Shown piece after piece: positions 44,364-53,754 of a stretch of 64,000 bases of DNA. This stretch comes from an uncultured Acidobacteriaceae bacterium (GTDB lineage: Bacteria > Acidobacteriota > Terriglobia > Terriglobales > Acidobacteriaceae). Position 1 is the stretch's first letter, and every line of letters begins with the position of its first letter. The DNA lies in the NCBI GenBank assembly GCA_963774835.1, contig CAVZGS010000008.1:2206-66205 (forward strand), read 5' to 3'. Below the pieces are notes generated by a model. That model searched no databases and was not told the DNA's origin. It was given only the letters and a program-made list of their open reading frames with translations. A program made the position numbers and the translations under genes.

Positions 44364-45650
44364 GCTGGCTCCTGACTTAAGGCGCGGTGGCCGATGTCGC
44401 GGCGGAATTGCATACCTTCAAAGGAGATTTTAGAGAGTTCGGCGTAGGCCTTGTCGAGGGCGGACTGCAGATCGGGGGCGACGGCGGAGATCGCGAGGAC
44501 GCGGCCGCCAGCGGTGACGAACTGGCCGTCTTTGATGGCCGTTCCGGAGTGGAAGACGACCACATCTTCCTCTGGTCTGCTTGAGAGACCGTGGATGGGT
44601 TTGCCGGAGACGTATTTGCCAGGGTAGCCGGCGCTTGCTGCAATGACGCAGACGCTGGCTCCGGGGCGCATCCGGATGGCGAGATGATTGGCGGTGCCGT
44701 CGATGGAAGCGTTGAAGAGATCGACGATGTCGGTTTCGAGACGAAGGAGGATGGCTTCAGTCTCGGGATCGCCGAAGCGGGTGTTGAATTCGAGGACGCA
44801 TGGGGCCACGGCGGGTCATCATGATGCCGCAGAAGAGGACCCCCTTGAAGGGGTCTCCTTCGGAGCGCATGCCGTCGACGACCTTCTGGGCGATGTTGCG
44901 GATTAGCCAGTTGCGCATGGCGGGGGTGGCGATGCCGTCGGTGGAGTAGGCGCCCATGCCGCCGGTGTTGGGGCCGGTGTCGCCTTCGCCGATGCGCTTG
45001 TGGTCCTGGGCAGAGGCGATCTCGATGGCGTGGGTGCCGTCGCAGAGGGCGAAGAAGGAGAGTTCTTCGCCGGTGAGGAACTCTTCGAGGACGATCTCGA
45101 TCTCCGGCGTGCCGAGGAGCACGCCGCTGAACATCTGGGCCGCTGCCTCTTCCGCCTCGAGGTGTGTGTTGCAGATGACGACTCCTTTGCCTGCCGCGAG
45201 GCCGGAGGCTTTGACGACGACGGGGACGGCGAAACGGGGGAGCTCTTCGCGGACCTCGTCGAGCGTGATGCAGAGAGCGTGGGCGGCGGTGGGTATGTCG
45301 TGGCGCTGCATGAACTCTTTGGCGAAGGCTTTACTGGTTTCGAGCTGGGCCGCGGCCTGGGTGGGGCCGAAGACACGGAAGCCGCGTTTGGTGAGCTCGT
45401 CGACGAGGCCGACGGAGAGGGGAAGCTCGGGGCCGATGACGGTGAGGTCGGGCCGCTCGATTGCCACGATGTTGACCATCTCGTGGAGGTTGCCGGGATC
45501 GACGAGAATGCAGCGGGCGAGCTGGGCGATGCCGCCGTTGCCGGGGGCGCAGAGGACCTCTGTGACTTGAGACGATTTGCGTAGCGCCCAGACCAAGGCG
45601 TGTTCGCGACCACCACCACCGATGACAAGGACCTTCATCCGTTGACGCAC
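44360..45650 (-). CDS. purD: Phosphoribosylamine-glycine ligase (frameshift near 44810)
   Basis: GGGGREHAL, QDHKR, GPNTGGMG, EFNTRFGDPE, TAGGRVL. Confidence 0.95.
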
Positions 45651-45722
45651 TCCTGTTGCTGCCCGATTCGCAACCTATGTTTTGAGGCTAGGCATCGCAG
45701 GAGTTGAAGTCAAACTTCGAGT

Positions 45723-46451
45723 TTATTTTACGGCGACGGAGATAGCTTCGGCGAGAGAGTGGCTTAGGAGGGCCGGCTTTGTGGAAGCCCCGATACGGAC
45801 CTGAAAGGCGCCCTTGAATGGTAGTTGTTCGCTGAGAGTGAGACGGACGCCGGGGCGGATCCCCTGGGAGGCGAGGTAGCGGAGCATCTCGGGGTCTTTG
45901 TCGGAGACGCTGGAGACCTTCGCCGATTGGCCAGGGCGGAGCTGCGAGAGCGACTGCGGCTCCTGGCTCGGCAGAGAGCCGTCCATGGCGGGGATCGCGT
46001 GGCCGTGCGGGTCGAACTCGGGATTGCCGAGCTTGGCTGCGATGCGCTCTTCGAATCGCTCGGAGATGAAGTGTTCGAGGCGCTCGGCCTCCTGGTGCAC
46101 CTCGTCCCAGGGGTAGTCGAGGACCTGATGGAGGAAGGTCTCAATGAGGCGATGATGGCGGACGATCTCGAGTGCGCGCTTTTTTCCGGCCTTCGCGAGC
46201 TTCACGCCGTGGTGCTTCTTGTAGACGACGAGGGGCGGTTCTTGCGCGGCGAGCTTTTGGAGCATGTTGGTTACAGAGGCAGGAGTGATGGAGAGGTGGA
46301 CGGCGATCTCGGTGCTGGAGACCTGGCGCTCCGGCCGTCCGCTCAATTGGAAGATGGCCTTGAGGTAGTCGTCGACGGCTTCACTGCCCGCGGAGGCGGC
46401 TATGCTGTTTGTTTCGGTCGATCGCTGCAGCGTGGTGACAGGTCTCTTCAT
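45723..46451 (-). CDS. mntR: DtxR/MntR-family metal-dependent repressor with FeoA domain
   Basis: DYLKAIF, RHHRLIETFL, EAERLEH, DPHGHAIP; divergent from an Nramp gene. Confidence 0.9.
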   Translation of the reverse strand: MKRPVTTLQRSTETNSIAASAGSEAVDDYLKAIFQLSGRPERQVSSTEIAVHLSITPASVTNMLQKLAAQEPPLVVYKKHHGVKLAKAGKKRALEIVRHHRLIETFLHQVLDYPWDEVHQEAERLEHFISERFEERIAAKLGNPEFDPHGHAIPAMDGSLPSQEPQSLSQLRPGQSAKVSSVSDKDPEMLRYLASQGIRPGVRLTLSEQLPFKGAFQVRIGASTKPALLSHSLAEAISVAVK

Positions 46452-46461
46452 CGGCGCCAAG

Positions 46462-46503
46462 TTGACTTAGCTTAGCATTAAAGTAATATTTAGGTATGGC
46501 TAA
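46462..46503 (+). promoter_or_regulatory. mntH promoter with two DtxR/MntR-type boxes
   Basis: TTGACT-N16-TAATAT; TTAGCTTAGCATTA (46467-46480) and TTAGGTATGGCTAA (46490-46503) resemble TTAGGTTAGCCTAA. Confidence 0.7.
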
Positions 46504-47819
46504 TATTCTGGTTAGTGATGACAAGCCAACGTTCGGCCCCAAGTTCCGGCGGAACGAGATGTGGACTTACTTCGGGCCGGCGTTTGTGGCGTCGGTGGCT
46601 TACATCGATCCGGGTAATTTTGCGACGAACATTGAGGGTGGAAGCCGGTTCGGGTACCGGCTGCTGTGGGTGCTGCTGTGGTCGAACGCGATGGCCATTT
46701 TGATCCAGTACCTTTCGGCGAAGCTGGGGATTGTGACCGGGCTGACGCTGCCGCAGAACTGCAGGAGGCATTTTTCGCGGCCGATGACGCTTGTTTTTGT
46801 GGGTGGCGGCGGAGGTTTCGGCGATTGCGACCGATCTGGCGGAGTTTCTGGGGGCGGCGCTGGGGCTTTATCTGCTGTTCGGGCCGGCGATGCTGGCGCA
46901 TGGCTGGTCGCGGACGGAGACGCTGTTTGCTGCGGCGATGGTGTCCGCGGTGGCGGTGTTTTTGATTCTTGCGCTGGACCTTGCGGGGTACCAATGGTTG
47001 GAGCGCGGCATCATGATGTTCGTCGGGATCATCGGGCTTTGTTATGGGTTTGAGGTGTTCCTGGTGCATCCCGACTGGAGGCTGGCGGCGTTCCATACGC
47101 TGGTTCCCACGCTCGATCCGAAGGACTTGCACGGGAGCCTTTATGTCGCGGTGGGGATGCTGGGGGCGACGGTGATGCCGCATGTGGTGTATCTGCATTC
47201 GGCGCTGGTGCAGCCGCGGCGCGAGGAGATGGTGCAGCGGCCGATGATCGAGGGCGGGTCGCGGCGGCGGAATTTTCTGCGGTTCGAGCTGATCGATGTG
47301 TTCGTTGCGATGAATGGTGCGTGGCTGATCAATTCGGCGATGATCGTGATGGCGGCGGTGGCGTTCGGGCACCTGTCGAATCCGGTGACGACGATCGAGC
47401 AGGCGCATCGGACGTTGGGGCCGCTGCTGGGGCAGGCGGCGGCGACGGTGTTTGCGGTGGCGCTGCTTTGTTCGGGGCTCTCGTCGTCGACGGTGGGAGT
47501 GATGGCGGGTCAGGTGATAATTGAAGGATTTCTGGACATTAAGTTTTCGATTTTCCTACGGCGGCTGATTACGATCATTCCGGCGATGGTGGTGATTGCG
47601 GTGGGGCTCGACCCGTTGAGGATCCTGATTCTGTCGCAGGTAGTGCTGAGCTTTACGCTGCCGTTTGCGCTGGTGCCTCTGCTGTTACTCACTAACCGGG
47701 CTTCGGTGATGAGGAGCTTTGTGAGTGCGCGTCGGACTCGTGTTGCGGGATGGTGCGCGGTGGCGGTGATTTTGACGCTGAATGTTGTTTTGCTGGGGCA
47801 GGTGGCTCTGGGGCTTTAG
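46496..47819 (+). CDS. mntH: Nramp Mn2+ transporter (frameshift near 46795)
   Basis: [26 protein letters not shown]. Confidence 0.93.
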
Positions 47820-47842
47820 GCCTAGGGGTACCCCTCCCCGGG

Positions 47843-47873
47843 CCCACCCATCGCAGGTGTGCGATGGGCGGGG
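47843..47873. repeat. REP-like palindrome between convergent genes
   Basis: CCCACCCATCGCA-ggtg-TGCGATGGGCGGG; resembles 2377-2413. Confidence 0.55.
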
Positions 47874-47938
47874 ATCGGCGGTTTGTCGTTTGATCCTGGC
47901 TCGTTGGTGGTCCGTTCGTGGTCGATTGCGGTGGAACG

Positions 47939-48334
47939 TCAGCTGCCGAGGACCGGGAGTTGGAGGGTGGTTCCGATGGGGACGCTGTTGGGGTTGGCAA
48001 TGTTGTTGGCCTGGGCGATCTGCGGATACTTGTTGGCGTTGCCGTAGAAGAGAAGGCTGATCGCGGACAAAGTGTCGCCGGATTTAATGGTGTAGGGCTG
48101 GGTCGCGCCGCCGCTGGTGCCGATCTCATGCTTCAGGTCGGAGTAGGTGGGGTCGACCTTCTTGATCTGGTCCCAGACGCGATCGGCGACGACGGTGGAG
48201 GGAACGGTGCCTTTGATGTGGATCTGTTCGCCGTCCAGATCTACGGCTTCGAGGGTCGCACCGTAGGGGGTGAAGCGCTCGATGGTGGCGATTACCGGGG
48301 CGTACTTCTGTTTCAATGCGTCTAGATTTGCCAT
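47939..48334 (-). CDS. LysM peptidoglycan-binding protein (Kbp/YgaU-like)
   Basis: MANLDALK start; YTIKSGDTLSAIS...IAQANNIANPN. Confidence 0.85.
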   Translation of the reverse strand: MANLDALKQKYAPVIATIERFTPYGATLEAVDLDGEQIHIKGTVPSTVVADRVWDQIKKVDPTYSDLKHEIGTSGGATQPYTIKSGDTLSAISLLFYGNANKYPQIAQANNIANPNSVPIGTTLQLPVLGS

Positions 48335-48450
48335 GGCGTAACTCTTCTCTGCCAGCGTTTGCTGACGGTGTTGTCGTGGTGGTTTTGGAATCGGTGCTGT
48401 GGCCCGGCACCCATCGGGATTGAGCCAGAGACAAGGGCCCTGGCGCGGGA

Positions 48451-48867
48451 CTAGCCTGCCGAGCCAAGCTTGCCGAGAAGCTGCTGCGCCATGCTGCCCA
48501 TGGAGCTGGTCGGCGTGGCCTGGCCGTTGGGAGCAAAGTGCTGGATGACCATCGGAAGAACAGTGGCGAGCGCCATCTGAACGACCTGAGGAGAGACGCC
48601 GATCCTCTCGGCGGTTTTTTCGATGAGGCCTGTGCCGCTGAGGCCCTGTCCGACCTGCTCGGGTGTGGCTGTGGCGGCCTGACCGGCGCCCCAAGCCCCA
48701 ATATGGGAGGCCATACCGTTGTTCTTGAATGCGTCGAGGACGCCTTGAATGCCTTCGGGGTGCTGGGTGAGGGCTTCGATGAAGCCTCCGGCTACCTTGG
48801 CCTGGTCTGTACCGGCCGCTGCTCCGGTCTGTCCGGCGAGTGATTGAATCATGTCCATAATTCCCAT
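48451..48867 (-). CDS. YidB/DUF937-like protein
   Basis: GIQGVLDAFKNNGM...W...LPMVIQHFAPNG; GAGGTG SD. Confidence 0.8.
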   Translation of the reverse strand: MGIMDMIQSLAGQTGAAAGTDQAKVAGGFIEALTQHPEGIQGVLDAFKNNGMASHIGAWGAGQAATATPEQVGQGLSGTGLIEKTAERIGVSPQVVQMALATVLPMVIQHFAPNGQATPTSSMGSMAQQLLGKLGSAG

Positions 48868-48988
48868 GGTGTTCACCTCGCACTCATGGTAGGTCCGATT
48901 TTCGGGCCATGCGGCCGCGGAGATGTAAATTTTCATCGATTTCTTATGGTTGGATTGATTTTTGATTGGACCAATTCGAATGTGATCG

Positions 48989-50164
48989 CTAAACCAGCAG
49001 CTTCATCGCGGCCTTCAAGAGAACGTTGAATGGGATGGCGCCTACAACTACCGGAATACATGGAACCAATGCGGCAATTATGAAGACGTAGACATCGACT
49101 GCGCCCACCGGCGCAACGCGGATCTCTTCGATGTTTTGCGCCACCGCGTAAAGATTTCCGGTCGCGTTGAAGTCTGGAACCGTCAGGACGTCCTGATCGA
49201 GGTTATGGGCGCGATCCAGCCATTTCTGTTCGAACTGCTCCCCCACGCTGCGCGCAAGGGCCCCGTACCTCAGCATGCCCTGGCGTCTCATCCGCATTAG
49301 AGTTGGCGTGAAGAAAAAATATGGCGCGACGGAGATGAGTAATGCGGCCGCTATCAGAAACGGGGCCAGGAAGCGGTACGCAAGTACCTGTTGCCCTTCG
49401 TGAAACACCCTGTTGGCTATTGCGCCGGCCAGTCCAACACCGAGGCAGAAGCTGAAGGGAAGCTGCCCCATCAGCGAGGCTTCCAGAAATCCCAACCCTC
49501 CAAGGTGGTCTGGATGGGCCGCGATGAGACGAAGATTCAGCAGCGTCATCGATCGCAGGAACCGCGCCCAAATCGCCTGCCTCCAGATCCACAGAAGCGT
49601 GAGGTAGGCGAGAATTGGATAGCTGATAAATAGTGCCCATGTGCCGGCCAACGAGAACGACCTAAAGGCGAAGCCGCCTCTCCACCAGAGAAGGAATTCA
49701 GATCCCTCCGGGCGTAGGTACTCGCTCAGCCACGCGGTTAAAGCGTAGGTCACTAACAGCAACAGCACTCGGACGGTGGTCGAATCAATGAGCCTTTCGT
49801 AGGACTTCCAGTACGACTGGAACCTGGGCTGCTCGTTGTCGGTAACGAGAGATATCTCGAAATGGTGCGCTACCTCGGCATAGCGGGCGTGTATGGGACG
49901 ATCGCCGAGTATCAACACGGGAACAATGATCAGGAAGCGGGATTGGGTGGCGAAGTCGGTGAGGAAGGACAGGAGCGCTGCCTGCCCGTGGATCGCCGAA
50001 AATATCGCCGACGGAATCCAAGCTACTGCGACGGCAATTGCGGCACGGACAAGCACGGGTGTTGTGGCGTCACGAAACAGATCCAGAGGCCTCCACGGAT
50101 GAAGAGGCGCAGGTTGAGCAAAGGAGGTTGAGGAGTCCGGACGTGATCTGTTGTTGTCTGGCAT
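48989..50164 (-). CDS. Hypothetical polytopic membrane protein
   Basis: 391 aa, many TM segments, HPDHLGGLGFL; atypical codon usage. Confidence 0.7.
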   Translation of the reverse strand: MPDNNRSRPDSSTSFAQPAPLHPWRPLDLFRDATTPVLVRAAIAVAVAWIPSAIFSAIHGQAALLSFLTDFATQSRFLIIVPVLILGDRPIHARYAEVAHHFEISLVTDNEQPRFQSYWKSYERLIDSTTVRVLLLLVTYALTAWLSEYLRPEGSEFLLWWRGGFAFRSFSLAGTWALFISYPILAYLTLLWIWRQAIWARFLRSMTLLNLRLIAAHPDHLGGLGFLEASLMGQLPFSFCLGVGLAGAIANRVFHEGQQVLAYRFLAPFLIAAALLISVAPYFFFTPTLMRMRRQGMLRYGALARSVGEQFEQKWLDRAHNLDQDVLTVPDFNATGNLYAVAQNIEEIRVAPVGAVDVYVFIIAALVPCIPVVVGAIPFNVLLKAAMKLLV

Positions 50165-50408
50165 GCGTCGTCCCTACCTTGTTATCCCGTGATACTACTC
50201 CGACCCGTCACGTTCGTATGGGCTCGACTGGGCCACAATCGGGTCTTCGAGAAATTGATGGATCGAGAGCGTTCTGCTGGTAGTTTTGGTAGTTTGCCTC
50301 CGTCCTGCATCCAGATATTCTTCGAGGGCGTCTTCGCTTCCAAGCGCAATGAGAGAGCGGTTGCATTTCTCCGCTTATGCTCATTGAAGAGCCGAAAGAA
50401 AGGCCTGC

Positions 50409-50891
50409 ATGATAATCGCGCAAACCACTCTCAGTTTGTTTTTGGATCGGCATGAAACCTGGGAGGCCGACTGGATATGGGGCTGTCCCTTGATCTTATT
50501 GACAGTAATCGTCCATGTCCTGGGTCTTGGGTACCTAAGCCAAAAGTCCATCCTGCTATACGGCGATGTTGGGACGCGCCACCCGAGAATTGCATTCGCA
50601 GTTGTGGTGGGTGCAATGAGTCTTCTGGCAACAATTCTGCACGCGATAGAAACAGGGATCTGGGCCATGGCCTACTGCTTCATCGGCACTATGCCAAACT
50701 TCAGGAATGCAATGCTTTATTCGCTCGGCGCGATGACAACTTATGGACATGACAATCTGGTACTGGAAGATAGATGGCGACTGTTGGGAACGATCGAGGC
50801 GCTCTCCGGATGGCTGCTCTTCGGATTGTCTACGGCTTTTCTCTTTTGGGTGATTCAAGAGGTTTCGCCCAACAATCGGGCCAGACGCTAA
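50409..50891 (+). CDS. Small K+-channel-like (pore-domain) membrane protein
   Basis: HAIETGIWA...YSLGAMTTYGHDNL...WRLLGTIEALSG. Confidence 0.65.
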   Translation: MIIAQTTLSLFLDRHETWEADWIWGCPLILLTVIVHVLGLGYLSQKSILLYGDVGTRHPRIAFAVVVGAMSLLATILHAIETGIWAMAYCFIGTMPNFRNAMLYSLGAMTTYGHDNLVLEDRWRLLGTIEALSGWLLFGLSTAFLFWVIQEVSPNNRARR

Positions 50892-50930
50892 TTCGTTCGA
50901 GGCGGCCGATTCTTTTGGGCATTGCTGATC

Positions 50931-51425
50931 TCAGCGGTTGGAACCCCAGGTAACGCAGTCTCGGGTCGGGTCGAGCGAGTTGAAGCTTTGGCAGGCGGCG
51001 ACGCTGGCGGCCTGAGGGTTCTTGCCGCCGAAGGGCGTGAGCGGAGGGGGGCCAAGTGGGCCGAGGGCGGTTGTGTCCCAGGAGGTGGCAGTGAGGGTGT
51101 TGCCCTTGATGCTGAAGATGAGCGGGTCGGGGACCGGATTGTGCCTGGCGGGATCGAAGGTGAGGACGACCTGTTTTCTTTCCTGCTTCCAGCGGGCATG
51201 CCAGGTCTGAGCGTCCTTGTCGTGCCACTTCTGCTGGAGGATCGCAGTGCCATCGGCTGCGAACTCGAGGATGATGGTGCGATGCACCTCCTGCGAGAGT
51301 CCGCCGCTGCCGGCGTAGAAGCCCTTGAGCTTGGCCGCGTGAGCGGCGGGAGAGAGAGATGCGCCAAGCAGAACCAGAACGGCGATTGAACGGAGGTCGG
51401 TGCGCATGGGTGCCATCGTACACAA
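50931..51425 (-). CDS. Secreted hypothetical protein
   Basis: Signal peptide ending AHA; C-terminal Cys pair. Confidence 0.6.
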   Translation of the reverse strand: MCTMAPMRTDLRSIAVLVLLGASLSPAAHAAKLKGFYAGSGGLSQEVHRTIILEFAADGTAILQQKWHDKDAQTWHARWKQERKQVVLTFDPARHNPVPDPLIFSIKGNTLTATSWDTTALGPLGPPPLTPFGGKNPQAASVAACQSFNSLDPTRDCVTWGSNR

Positions 51426-51547
51426 AGGGACAATCCGCGATAACTGAGACTTTTAGTAGTTGACCGGTTTCGTTACATGGTGGCTGATTCGTCGCTGGCG
51501 GTGGCGTTGATTTTCATTGAATGGAGAACGAGATAGACTTAGGGGCT

Positions 51548-51958
51548 ATGAGCGATCAGAGCAAGACTGCGATTTCAACCAAAGAGGCCCCTGCAGCTAT
51601 CGGGCCGTACTCCCAGGCGGTGCGAGTGGGTGACATGTTGTTTGCATCGGGGCAGGTGGCGCTGGATCCGGCTACCGGTCAGTTGGTAGCTGGGGGGATC
51701 ACTGAGCAGACGGTTCGGGTGCTGGAGAACGTGAAGGCCGTGTTGGCGAAGGCAGGGCTGGACATGGTCCATGTGGTAAAGACGACCGTGTTTTTGAAGA
51801 CTATGAGCGACTTTGCCGCTATGAACGCGGTGTATGCACAGTATCTGGCGCCGGAAGGTGTGGTTCCGCCGGCGCGGTCGACTGTAGCGGTGGCCGGGCT
51901 GCCTAAGGACGCGCTGGTGGAGATAGAGGTGATCGCCAAGGACGATTCGGGGGAGTAG
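51548..51958 (+). CDS. RidA family imine deaminase
   Basis: APAAIGPYSQA, SGQ, PARS, LVEIE. Confidence 0.92.
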   Translation: MSDQSKTAISTKEAPAAIGPYSQAVRVGDMLFASGQVALDPATGQLVAGGITEQTVRVLENVKAVLAKAGLDMVHVVKTTVFLKTMSDFAAMNAVYAQYLAPEGVVPPARSTVAVAGLPKDALVEIEVIAKDDSGE

Positions 51959-52031
51959 GGGCGACCCTGAAACATAATGAGCGGTTGGGCATCTAATCCA
52001 CAGAACCTAGAATAAAAAGGAGGCTGGAGCG

Positions 52032-52439
52032 ATGGCCGAGACAAAGGTTGCAAAGGTGCACAAGACGGAGGCCGAGTGGCGTGAGTTGCTGACCCCGGAG
52101 CAGTTTCATGTAATGCGTGAGGGCGGCACGGAACGGGCGTTTACCGGCGCTCTGGTGAATAATCACGAGGACGGAATCTATCACTGCGGCGCTTGCAATG
52201 CCCCGCTGTTTACTTCTGACAAGAAGTTTGAGTCGGGGAGCGGATGGCCGAGCTTCTGGACCCCGGTTTCGCCGGATGCGATCGAGGCGATTGAGGATAA
52301 TTCGCTGGGGATGAAGCGGGTCGAGGTGCGGTGCGCTACTTGCGGCGCTCACCTAGGGCACGTGTTTCCGGACGGGCCGACGCCGACGGGGCTGCGGTAT
52401 TGCATCAATAGCGCTTCGCTGGGCTTTGAAAAGCAGTAA
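52032..52439 (+). CDS. msrB: Peptide-methionine (R)-S-oxide reductase
   Basis: GTERAF, GWPSF, HLGHVF, RYCINS. Confidence 0.96.
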   Translation: MAETKVAKVHKTEAEWRELLTPEQFHVMREGGTERAFTGALVNNHEDGIYHCGACNAPLFTSDKKFESGSGWPSFWTPVSPDAIEAIEDNSLGMKRVEVRCATCGAHLGHVFPDGPTPTGLRYCINSASLGFEKQ

Positions 52440-52480
52440 AAAGGACGTCGAGAAGCCCGAAGTATTTTGAGGCATGCAGG

Positions 52481-52521
52481 AAAAGCCCCAGCCGGCTACG
52501 AAGCGGCTGGGGCTACCTTTT
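52481..52521. terminator. Bidirectional terminator between msrB and rpmB
   Basis: AAAAGCCCCAGCCG...CGGCTGGGGCT plus T-tract. Confidence 0.75.
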
Positions 52522-52547
52522 TGTTAAGTTTTGTAAAGCGCGTAGCC

Positions 52548-52736
52548 TTAGCCTTTGACGACTTTGCCGGTCTTGATGCAGCTGGTGCAGACGCGCATGC
52601 GCTTGCTTCCGCCATTGACCTGGGCCTTGACGGGCTGCAGGTTCACGTTCCAGCGACGCCGGGTTGTGTTGTGGGCGTGAGAGATGTTGTTGCCAAACTG
52701 CGGGCCTTTGCCGCAAAGATCACATTTGTGTGCCAT
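52548..52736 (-). CDS. rpmB: 50S ribosomal protein L28 (Zn-ribbon form)
   Basis: MAHKCDLCGK...GNNISHAHN..RRRWNVNLQ...CTSC. Confidence 0.97.
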   Translation of the reverse strand: MAHKCDLCGKGPQFGNNISHAHNTTRRRWNVNLQPVKAQVNGGSKRMRVCTSCIKTGKVVKG

Positions 52737-52816
52737 AACTAGCTCCAATCCTGAGTCGCAGAAGCTTCCCGGGGATCCTGAGTAAATGATGCCTCAAACG
52801 ATGCCGGGGAAAGAGT

Positions 52817-52864
52817 TAGGTGCGAGGAGAGTCGAACTCCCGACCTCTACCGGGTGAAGGGTAG
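52817..52864 (-). other. tRNA-like 3' fragment (anticodon arm, variable loop, T arm, 3' acceptor strand)
   Basis: Minus strand CTACC-cttcaccc-GGTAG AGGTC GGGAG-TTCGACT-CTCCT CGCACCT A; no D arm, 5' acceptor strand or CCA. Confidence 0.65.
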
Positions 52865-52878
52865 TCTGCCGATTCCTA

Positions 52879-52907
52879 ATCATACCATGCCGGGGGCGCG
52901 GCCTCAA
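52879..52907 (-). promoter_or_regulatory. Sigma70 promoter of rpmB
   Basis: TTGAGG-N17-TATGAT. Confidence 0.65.
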
Positions 52908-53062
52908 TCAGTCGCGATTTTGGCGGAGGTGATGTTGAGTTTCCGGGCAGATGTTCTGATGTAATGGGCCGTCCTCATGGAGTGCAATGTTTTGATTGAC
53001 TTAGCTCGGCACGGTGGTATTATTTGAAGCTCCGATGTCATTTGTTGAGCTTCTCTTCGGCT

Positions 53063-53248
53063 ATGCGATATCTATACTGGCTCTGTAAAACCTGCAGGCT
53101 GTCAAACGGCGGCAACCTGATTGGTGCCGAATCGCTGGAAAGCCTTCAGCTAGAGAGAGATGCTGAGATGTGTCAGTTAGAGTACCGGTGCAGGTATTGC
53201 GGAAATACTCACACTTATACCGTGAGGGATCTGCTGTCGTTGCCGTGA
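53063..53248 (+). CDS. Small putative zinc-ribbon protein (61 aa)
   Basis: CKTC...CRYC; upstream TTGACT-N16-TATTAT (52996-53023). Confidence 0.5.
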   Translation: MRYLYWLCKTCRLSNGGNLIGAESLESLQLERDAEMCQLEYRCRYCGNTHTYTVRDLLSLP

Positions 53249-53754
53249 CAGCCTCACGCATCACCGGTCTGGTTCCAGTACCTGACTTGGGCCGATCCAA
53301 TCGGTTCATAAGTTCCTCGAATGGCCCACAGATTACGGGCTAGAACCACTTCTCTCGCAGAAACGACTCCTAGAGTCTCGTGCACGACGCGTCAAGAGTG
53401 GCAATGGCTGAGGCGAGCGGGACCGCGGCCGACGGGTCGACTGGCCACGTTTCGATCTTCCTAGAAGACGCGTTGACGCGGCGAAGCGCCGCTGCGGATT
53501 TCAATTTTTGGCCGCTGCCAATTTTGGAGATGATTCGATGAGGAAGACGGGCGGAGGTCGAGTTGGGATATTGTTGAGGAGACATCTCACAGAGTTAGGG
53601 CCTTTCAGGCGGTCACGTGCCACGTCGTGGTCGCAGGAACTTTCACGTTACTGAATTTTGACGGCTTAGGCAGAACGGCTGAGTCTTTAAGTACATGCCG
53701 ATGCGTCGATAGCAGTAGGGGACACATTGCGCGTCAAGTCCAAAAAATTCAGAT

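Noticed and set aside
47939-48883. 314-aa LysM ORF
   Set aside because: Its N-terminal part overlaps the YidB-like gene in another frame; the likely start is MANLD at 48334
52817-52864. Functional tRNA gene
   Set aside because: Missing D arm, 5' acceptor strand and CCA, with an 8-nt anticodon loop; reported only as a fragment
53370-53585. 71-aa ORF upstream of the RND operon
   Set aside because: No recognisable motif or SD; may be non-coding promoter region
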